From PVC group bacterium (GTDB taxonomy: Bacteria; GCA-001730085; JADFSZ01), in assembly GCA_022560555.1 (NCBI GenBank), contig JADFSZ010000082.1, forward strand, positions 1 to 7,718: a stretch of 7,718 nucleotides of DNA, written 5' to 3'. The notes under the pieces were generated by a model, which was not told where the DNA came from, made no database searches, and worked only from the letters and a program-made list of their open reading frames with translations. Positions 1-5,233 of this stretch are shown piece by piece. The stretch's first letter is position 1. Each line of letters opens with the position of its first letter. Both the position numbers and the translations under genes were made by a program.

Positions 1-10
1 GAAAAAATGG

Positions 11-39
11 ATTTTAAGTATAAATCTTAAATTTGTCAA
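11..39 (-). promoter_or_regulatory. Candidate sigma70-type promoter firing leftward out of the window
   Basis: On the minus strand, TTGACA (39..34) is followed by a 17-nt spacer and TAAAAT (16..11). It lies just downstream of the M50 stop codon (50..52). The gene it would drive is off-window. The region is AT-rich, so a chance match is possible. Confidence 0.3.
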
Positions 40-49
40 TTTCTTAGGA

Positions 50-691
50 TTACCCGTGTGTCAAAATATATATCAGCAATTGATCATTGAGACCGAAACT
101 TCGCCACACAAAAGCTAAGGTCGGAAGAACAATCATCCCAATCACGTTTGTTGTCCAAGCCAAAAGAATAATGATAAAAATACCGTACCGCTCGAAGCGG
201 CTGTAAAACATGGCCTGCTTTCTCGGCAAAACCCCCATCACGATCCTGGATCCATCTAAAGGAGGAATAGGAATCAGATTGAAGACAGCTAAGATAATAT
301 TTACAAGGACAATAAGTCCCAAAACATAAATGGTCCCCGGGGCCATGGTTGTGAGGCCGAACTGAATCACAACGGAGGCAATAAATGCGATAATAAGATT
401 TGAAACAGGGCCAGCGGCAGCAATCCAGATCATATCTTTTTTTGGATTGCGTAAATTGTAAGGATTGATGGGAACCGGCTTTGCAATGGCAAACGCGGGC
501 CATCCCGCCATCAAACAAAACATAGGAAGAAGCACAGTCGTCAGCGGATCAATGTGCCTTAAAGGATTAAACGAAAGTCTTCCTAAGTCTTTTGCCGTAC
601 GGTCACCAAACTTTAGCGCTGTCCAGCCATGAGCGTATTCATGCACCACAGCCGACATCAGAAAAATCGGTAGAAATAACAATTTCATCAC
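50..691 (-). CDS. Peptidase M50 / site-2 protease family integral membrane zinc metalloprotease (short, PDZ-less, COG1994-like)
   Basis: 213-aa ORF. The HEYAH zinc motif (HExxH) is at residues 17-21 (nt 629..643) inside a hydrophobic segment. The second family signature NLIPIPPLDG is at residues 138-147 (nt 251..280) and carries the Asp ligand. The protein is hydrophobic and multi-TM throughout, with the GDRTAKxxGRLSxNPLxHIDP block typical of this family. The track start is GTG at 691. The adjacent ATG at 686..688 has better spacing to the GAGGA Shine-Dalgarno (699..695) and is the more likely start. Confidence 0.9.
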   Translation of the reverse strand: MMKLLFLPIFLMSAVVHEYAHGWTALKFGDRTAKDLGRLSFNPLRHIDPLTTVLLPMFCLMAGWPAFAIAKPVPINPYNLRNPKKDMIWIAAAGPVSNLIIAFIASVVIQFGLTTMAPGTIYVLGLIVLVNIILAVFNLIPIPPLDGSRIVMGVLPRKQAMFYSRFERYGIFIIILLAWTTNVIGMIVLPTLAFVWRSFGLNDQLLIYILTHG

Positions 692-706
692 ACATCCTCG
701 GCCAAC

Positions 707-739
707 AAAAAAATGGCAGGATCATGATGATCCTGCCAT
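707..739 (-). terminator. Rho-independent terminator-like hairpin with T-tract (minus-strand sense)
   Basis: Perfect 11-bp inverted repeat ATGGCAGGATC (713..723) / GATCCTGCCAT (729..739) with the 5-nt loop ATGAT. On the minus strand it is followed by a run of 7 T (713..707, the first of which can pair). It sits downstream of the small minus-strand ORFs and only about 8 nt upstream of the M50 Shine-Dalgarno. Confidence 0.5.
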
Positions 740-911
740 GATTTCTTTTTGAAAAAGATCCAAACTCATCAATTCATGACAATGGTTTTGTCTGGATCTT
801 TTCATTTCGCTTTTCCTGGCATTTCTTCAAGACCTTGAAGAATTGGACATTAGCGGAACAAAATTCCGCTTTTTCGGAAAAACGTGACTCTTTTTTTCGT
901 ATTTTCATAGA

Positions 912-1145
912 TTATACCTGCGCTTCGAGAATCTCTTCTCTGTTTCTTTTTCCACTCAAATAATCCATCTTGTCTATACATCGGACTATGACAAAATTTT
1001 TGGAATGAGATTTAACTTTGCAGTCACTCTCAAGATCGCATTCCGCACACTGGCTTTTTAATTCAAGTAACGGTTTCTCAGCTTCTTGTGCTGTTTCTGG
1101 CTCTTGTGTTGTCTCTTCAGTCAATGTGTAACTCCTTCGGATCAC
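912..1145 (-). CDS. Hypothetical small acidic protein with a four-Cys (CxxC-x5-C-x13-C) motif; start uncertain
   Basis: 77-aa ORF as listed, but the listed start is GTG (1145..1143) with GGAG abutting it and no spacer. A better start is TTG at 1124..1122 (residue 8), preceded by AAGGAG (1137..1132) with a 7-nt spacer, giving a 70-aa product. There is no internal ATG until residue 60. I recognise no family. The N-terminus is acidic and low-complexity (TEETTQEPETAQEAEK). Confidence 0.45.
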   Translation of the reverse strand: MIRRSYTLTEETTQEPETAQEAEKPLLELKSQCAECDLESDCKVKSHSKNFVIVRCIDKMDYLSGKRNREEILEAQV

Positions 1146-1152
1146 CTCCGAG

Positions 1153-1168
1153 TCGTTATATCGTTATA
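1153..1168. repeat. Perfect tandem 8-mer (TCGTTATA x2) in a 64-bp divergent intergenic region
   Basis: TCGTTATA occurs at 1153..1160 and again at 1161..1168, between the minus-strand small ORF (start 1145 or 1124) and the plus-strand ORF starting at 1210. The repeat itself is certain. Its function (operator or overlapping -10-like TATAAC/TTATAT boxes) is unknown. Confidence 0.6.
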
Positions 1169-1209
1169 TCAGATTCCCAGGGAGGAAGTATTATAGTATA
1201 CTTGGATAT

Positions 1210-1605
1210 ATGTGGCAAGAGACATTTAGCTATTATCCAAGGGTCCTTGGAGGCATCCTCCTTGGGCTCATATCCCTAACCTTAGGGACATTAGCCCCAA
1301 AAGCCCTTGAAGCCGCCAGCGCAGTAGAATTGGCCCCATTCATCGGCTACGAAATCAGTGATGCCACATCGTATAAAGGAATTTTTAAGGGGTCCCTCAT
1401 AGGCGATCGCATCAAACTCAAGAATAAAATGGAATTTGAATTTACCAGTTATGCTCAAGGATTCTCTATAGATCCTCAAGTCGTGATTCTCAGAAAAGAC
1501 CTGTCGTTTGAAAGCCTACTGGATTCAAATACGGCCTATGCGGATTTCACTCTTTATCAGCTCATCATCGGGGAGCAAATCTATCCTGTGATCCGCATTA
1601 AATAA
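1210..1605 (+). CDS. Hypothetical exported protein (131 aa) with N-terminal signal-peptide-like segment
   Basis: This is the only long ORF covering this 400-bp interval. The N-terminus, MWQETFSYYPR followed by the hydrophobic VLGGILLGLISLTLGTLAP and then KALEAAS, resembles a Sec signal peptide. An in-frame TAG at 1195..1197 prevents upstream extension. There is no good Shine-Dalgarno near the ATG. I recognise no family. Confidence 0.55.
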   Translation: MWQETFSYYPRVLGGILLGLISLTLGTLAPKALEAASAVELAPFIGYEISDATSYKGIFKGSLIGDRIKLKNKMEFEFTSYAQGFSIDPQVVILRKDLSFESLLDSNTAYADFTLYQLIIGEQIYPVIRIK

Positions 1606-1606
1606 A

Positions 1607-3436
1607 TTAGTCTTGAGCAATGGGCGAACGGAGGTAAGGCACAAAAAGCTCGGGGGTAATAATATTGTCAATATGACGACCATCAGGAATATTACTGCTT
1701 ATGAGGTCCAGTTCCAGATTGAGCTCTGTTCCAGAGCCAAGATAAAGTCCAAGCGCATCAAAAACATCCGCCGATGATCCAAACTCCGGAAAAATCCCCT
1801 CCGGACTCTGAACCTCACCAAGATCGTTGATTAAATATAGTTTCGCGACGTAGAATTGAGCTTGAGGAACATCCCCTCTGTTGTCAATAACCCCAAAGGA
1901 TAGAACATAGGACTGATCTTTTGTAAACGCTGTATCCACAGCAAGGGGGTTGTCTATATCAAAATCCGTTCCGTTCACATTCACACTTCGCCCTGTTACA
2001 TCCTGATACCAGAACGCTTCATTGGGAGTAAGAGCACTATATTCGCGGCCAAACGATGCTGTATCATTCATAGGGCTTTGCATGATAAGTTTTGTGTCCA
2101 CAGGGTAAATATCCGGTTGATTCACGTATTGGATCGCGTGAACGTCCGAAGCGGCCAGAATATTGCTCCAGGGGAGCGATTTCAGATCAACACCGTTTAA
2201 GGATTGATTGAAATTTGTCTCCAGGATGATGGATCCAATTCCGGCATCGGGCCCCGCTTCGTCACGGCGCTGTGTCAGAGCAACCACCTGAACTTGATTC
2301 CCGTTTTGAAAGACATATTCTTTGCTTCTCACCCAGTTTCCAAACCGGTCAAGCAGAGTTTTACCGGTTTCAAAATCCTGACGCTGTTCGAGAACACCAT
2401 CGAGATGGGCCAAAGCATCCACCTCTAAAATGCCTAGGAGCTCCTGTCTCAATGCATTACGCTCATCCGTATGGCTGGGCAGCCAGAAACATTTATCGAA
2501 CGGAAACGCGTCTTCAGTATCCAGAAAACCGTCCCCATCAGAGTCAGTGTTGTTGTCATTCCGATCATCATTCGTTTGATCATCAACACCCAAATCCTCA
2601 AGAACCTGAGTGACAAAATTCTCTACCTCTTGGGATTGGTTTTGGCTTTGTACGGCGGCTTCATACCCTCCTCGCCACTTTTGCATCTGCTCTTCCGAGA
2701 TATCTTCGGGAGTCGTTATAGATCCGTCTGCCCCCGTTTGACTGATTTGTCCGCTCTTAATCAGCTCAAAGATACCTGTTATGAGGGATTCAAACGTCAC
2801 TTCACCTTGATCGACAAAAATTTGTGTAATAATTTCCGCGCTCGTTAACGCATAAGCTTCACGTATTCCAAAGAGATTAGACAGGCCAATGACGGAGTTT
2901 TTGATGATAGACTGAATGGCCCCTTGATCCAAAGAGGAAACCTCAACTCCCTCTCCTTCTGTCTCATTGGGATTAGGTCTGCTGACTTTCAAATAGAACA
3001 CGGTCCCGCGCACACCCGCAACAGCGGTAGGAGTCTGAATCTGAAAGGAGTCCTTGTCGCGCTTCAACTTCTTAACGCGGGCCATAAGGTCCCCATAATT
3101 TAGAGTCACTTTGATTTTGAATGTTTGATCTTCGCTGAGAAGACTTTGATCGAGAACTAGAGAGGATTGGGCTTTCACATAAATGCGGCTGTCATTGGCA
3201 AAGATAATCTCCGCAAACCCTTTCGCACCGGTTTTAATTTGATCGCCTTCGTTGATCCTGAGCCCAGAATCGGCAGGAACCCAGGCGGATTCTCCGGATC
3301 GCAGGATTTGGGCATCTCCCCTCACTTCACCAAGCTTGGCTTCAAAGGACGACTCAGCCCACAAGGAAGACACGGCTAAAGGGATAAAAATAGCCGTAAC
3401 AGTCCAGCACAGAAATAAGTTTCGCAAGGTTTTCAT
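1607..3436 (-). CDS. Exported FecR-domain protein (609 aa) with acidic DxDxDG calcium-binding-like linker and uncharacterised C-terminal domain
   Basis: Signal peptide MKTLRNLFLCWTVTAIFIPLAVSSLWA/ES. Residues ~35-150 (nt ~2987..3334) match the FecR-domain pattern from memory (PF04773): GDAQILRSGESAWVPADSGLRINEGDQIKTGAKGFAEIIFANDSRIYVKAQSSLVL ... TPTAVAGVRGTVFYL. Residues 284-314 (nt 2495..2587) are an acidic stretch, DDQTNDDRNDNNTDSDGDGFLDTEDAFPFD, resembling a thrombospondin type-3 / DxDxDG Ca-binding repeat. I do not recognise residues ~320-609. No cytoplasmic anti-sigma domain precedes the hydrophobic segment. Confidence 0.88.
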   Translation of the reverse strand: MKTLRNLFLCWTVTAIFIPLAVSSLWAESSFEAKLGEVRGDAQILRSGESAWVPADSGLRINEGDQIKTGAKGFAEIIFANDSRIYVKAQSSLVLDQSLLSEDQTFKIKVTLNYGDLMARVKKLKRDKDSFQIQTPTAVAGVRGTVFYLKVSRPNPNETEGEGVEVSSLDQGAIQSIIKNSVIGLSNLFGIREAYALTSAEIITQIFVDQGEVTFESLITGIFELIKSGQISQTGADGSITTPEDISEEQMQKWRGGYEAAVQSQNQSQEVENFVTQVLEDLGVDDQTNDDRNDNNTDSDGDGFLDTEDAFPFDKCFWLPSHTDERNALRQELLGILEVDALAHLDGVLEQRQDFETGKTLLDRFGNWVRSKEYVFQNGNQVQVVALTQRRDEAGPDAGIGSIILETNFNQSLNGVDLKSLPWSNILAASDVHAIQYVNQPDIYPVDTKLIMQSPMNDTASFGREYSALTPNEAFWYQDVTGRSVNVNGTDFDIDNPLAVDTAFTKDQSYVLSFGVIDNRGDVPQAQFYVAKLYLINDLGEVQSPEGIFPEFGSSADVFDALGLYLGSGTELNLELDLISSNIPDGRHIDNIITPELFVPYLRSPIAQD

Positions 3437-3498
3437 TTACGTAATTTTTAAAATCCAACCTATCGCTTTGTAGATTATCCGGAAGAGAGAATGTATTT

Positions 3499-3528
3499 AT
3501 TATACGTTGAAAGCCATGGACTTGTCAA
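3499..3528 (-). promoter_or_regulatory. Candidate sigma70-type promoter for the FecR-domain gene
   Basis: On the minus strand, consensus TTGACA (3528..3523) is followed by an 18-nt spacer and consensus TATAAT (3504..3499). It lies about 60 nt upstream of the ATG at 3436. Both hexamers are perfect, but the spacer is one nt longer than optimal and the region is AT-rich. Confidence 0.45.
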
Positions 3529-3671
3529 AATGATTCTATGGGAACCAAGCCAAGTTTTTTGAAATTTATGGGACGCTTTGTACAATCGTAAGTAGCTTGT
3601 AAAATTAATATTGTGCTAATTTGGATCCTGTCCCTCTTCTCATTTCAGGCTCCAGGATACCTGAATTTCAT

Positions 3672-3699
3672 TTGACATGCCGCTTAGATTTGGTATATT
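3672..3699 (+). promoter_or_regulatory. Candidate sigma70-type promoter (with extended -10 TG) for the beta-barrel gene
   Basis: Consensus TTGACA (3672..3677) is followed by a 16-nt spacer and TATATT (3694..3699), which is preceded by TGg (3691..3693), matching the TGn extended -10. It lies about 50-60 nt upstream of the start at 3751/3760. Confidence 0.45.
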
Positions 3700-3750
3700 T
3701 CAAGATCAAGTTCACGAGCATCTCACCCTTCTTTACCCACAAAGATCAAA

Positions 3751-5121
3751 GTGGTGGACATGGCCAAGCTAAACCAGAGTAAGCGGATTACATTTTTTAT
3801 CATTTTATGTGCGTCTCTTATGGTTTCTTCCGGTCATGCTGCTGAGGAGTATATCTACGACCCTCTCGATGAACGACAAGAACTTGGGGACAGGAGACCT
3901 TTGACCGGTCTTCAAGAACTTACCCCGCTCCCACGGACAGACCTCCCCCAAGTTGATGATAAGGGAATCCGGATTATCCCTCTTGTGGATTTTTCGGCGA
4001 TGGGAACATTTTCTCATGTGAACGATGCGGGAAGCTCCTACGGCTTTGATATTAACGGTTTATTTTCCCCTGTTATCAAGATCGATGACAAAAAGTATAT
4101 CATCCCCTATTACAGCGGAAGTTTCTCCGAAGTTCGTCAAATTGTGACGGAAGAAGAGGGAGGGCGCCTGACGGATATCATCTCCAATCACAACACGAGT
4201 CTTGAATACAAACATGTCGCAAATCGGAACTGGATCTACCGCTACAAAGCTTTGTCCCGTGTACATTTGGTTAAAGAAAACAATTTTGATTGGGGAGACG
4301 GGCTTTATGACTACTGGGACGCCGGGGGCGGGGCCAGCGTTGAATACTTTTTCGAAAATACTAACACGTCTAAAAACTCCGTCACCATCGGAGGAGAAAT
4401 CTATCACAGAACATATCCGAATTTTCAAAGTTTGATCTCTCTTTCAACCCTGACGGCCCCGGAGACAAATGTAAAAGATTATGTGGGATACCGCTCCGTA
4501 CTCCGGTATAACTATCGCAAAAAGGGCTTCGCCGTCAAAGCCGTTTACGCGCCTGTTTACAAGGACTTTGACGATAAAAAAGTGATCACATCAAGTGCTG
4601 TCCTCGGCAGTGACACAAGGCAAGACTGGTATCATTTTGCTTCAATCGATGTCACGCACTTTCCCGAAAATTGGACATTCGGTTATAATCTACTGTCGAC
4701 TTTTCAATACAACAAGAGCAACCAGAATTTCAATGACTCCCTTGGCACTTTGGGTATTGGCGATGATGTTTTTACCTCAAATTACTTTAGCTACTGGGCC
4801 TTTACGGTAAATCCCAGCATCATTATTCCCATCCGGCTTGAGAATGAACGCACAGCAATAGTGATTGTAGGCTATGAATATTTGTTCAGGAACTACGAGA
4901 GTCGTAATGTTCAGACCGGTGGGGGGATTTACACGACGGAAAAGCAGGAAGATCAGTCCCACACAATCCAGCTTCATACGTCTTATCCGATTACGGACAG
5001 TATATCCGCCATCCTTTTAGCCAGATATTCTTTTGTCAGCTCTAATCAGGAATTCGAAACATTCTACAGGTATTCTTATGATGCTTTGTACGCGGCGGCA
5101 GGTTTGCGTTTTCAATACTGA
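3751..5121 (+). CDS. Outer-membrane beta-barrel protein, family not recognised (456 aa)
   Basis: The track start is GTG at 3751; an ATG at 3760 is equally plausible. Signal peptide (from the ATG): MAKLNQSKRITFFIILCASLMVSSGHA/AEE. The C-terminal two thirds show alternating hydrophobic/polar, aromatic-rich strands (SVTIGGEIYHRTY, GYRSVLRYNYRKKGFAVKAVYAPVY, WTFGYNLLSTFQY, TAIVIVGYEYLF, HTIQLHTSY, SAILLARYSF). The C-terminus ...AAAGLRFQY has the alternating hydrophobic pattern and terminal aromatic residue of a BAM beta-signal. Confidence 0.85.
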   Translation: MVDMAKLNQSKRITFFIILCASLMVSSGHAAEEYIYDPLDERQELGDRRPLTGLQELTPLPRTDLPQVDDKGIRIIPLVDFSAMGTFSHVNDAGSSYGFDINGLFSPVIKIDDKKYIIPYYSGSFSEVRQIVTEEEGGRLTDIISNHNTSLEYKHVANRNWIYRYKALSRVHLVKENNFDWGDGLYDYWDAGGGASVEYFFENTNTSKNSVTIGGEIYHRTYPNFQSLISLSTLTAPETNVKDYVGYRSVLRYNYRKKGFAVKAVYAPVYKDFDDKKVITSSAVLGSDTRQDWYHFASIDVTHFPENWTFGYNLLSTFQYNKSNQNFNDSLGTLGIGDDVFTSNYFSYWAFTVNPSIIIPIRLENERTAIVIVGYEYLFRNYESRNVQTGGGIYTTEKQEDQSHTIQLHTSYPITDSISAILLARYSFVSSNQEFETFYRYSYDALYAAAGLRFQY

Positions 5122-5129
5122 TTACAGGC

Positions 5130-5217
5130 AAAAAAAGCTATGAGTGGGAAGCCATTTACTTGTCAGGCCTCCTCCTTGAAAGTTACCTTTGACACCTAAC
5201 AACTTCCCACTCACAGC
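5130..5217 (-). terminator. Long-range inverted repeat plus T-tract; possible terminator for the peptidase gene (minus-strand sense)
   Basis: Arms GCTATGAGTGGGAAG (5137..5151) and CTTCCCACTCACAGC (5203..5217) are complementary over 15 positions, with an 11-bp perfect core and one mismatch. They enclose 51 nt. On the minus strand the stem is followed by 7 T (5136..5130). The element lies in the 112-bp gap between the convergent beta-barrel and peptidase genes. The loop is unusually large for an intrinsic terminator. Confidence 0.35.
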
Positions 5218-5233
5218 GACATGCTCTCAACCC

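Noticed and set aside
84-518. 144-aa minus-strand ORF nested within the M50 gene in another frame
   Set aside because: It lies entirely within the M50 CDS, whose frame carries the HExxH and NxxPxxPxDG family signatures. Its product is Cys/Arg/Ser-rich and looks like an off-frame translation artefact.
853-874. Plus-sense hairpin GCGGAA-caaaa-TTCCGC followed by TTTTT, resembling a small intrinsic terminator
   Set aside because: The stem is only 6 bp, and there is no plus-strand gene or convincing plus-strand promoter upstream of it, since the neighbouring genes are all on the minus strand. It also lies inside the candidate 44-aa minus-strand ORF. I judged it most likely incidental.
1088-1479. 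ORFs 1088..1279 (+) and 1291..1479 (-)
   Set aside because: The first ORF starts inside the small minus-strand ORF, runs across the intergenic region and overlaps the 131-aa ORF out of frame. The second is antisense inside the 131-aa ORF. Neither has a recognisable motif or a Shine-Dalgarno, and both are shorter than the ORFs they overlap.
50-3436. Reading the M50 site-2 protease plus the FecR-domain protein as a classical FecR/RseP regulated-intramembrane-proteolysis anti-sigma system
   Set aside because: The FecR-domain protein has only a signal-peptide-like N-terminus, with no cytoplasmic anti-sigma domain and no separate TM anchor. No ECF sigma gene or TonB-dependent transducer is present in the window. 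The M50 protein is the short PDZ-less housekeeping-type form, not RseP-like, and is separated from the FecR-domain gene by a terminator and two unrelated small genes.
2204-3473. Five plus-strand ORFs (2204..2428, 2272..2613, 2471..2848, 3167..3379, 3252..3473) antisense to the FecR-domain gene
   Set aside because: All lie within or across the 609-aa CDS, whose frame contains a clear signal peptide and FecR-domain pattern. The antisense products are low-complexity (Pro/Arg/His/Ser-rich) and mutually overlapping, as expected for chance antisense frames.
3805-4977. Nested ORFs in the beta-barrel gene (3805..4017 -, 4060..4428 -, 4202..4435 +, 4595..4810 +, 4777..4977 -)
   Set aside because: They overlap the 456-aa CDS, which has a coherent signal peptide, beta-strand periodicity and a C-terminal beta-signal. 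None of the nested frames has comparable features.
3751-5121. Beta-barrel as a TonB-dependent receptor (FecA-like) or a TpsB/Omp85 transporter
   Set aside because: At 456 aa it is too short for a TonB-dependent receptor and has no TonB box or plug-like N-terminal domain. I could not recognise POTRA repeat patterns either. It is left as an unclassified barrel.
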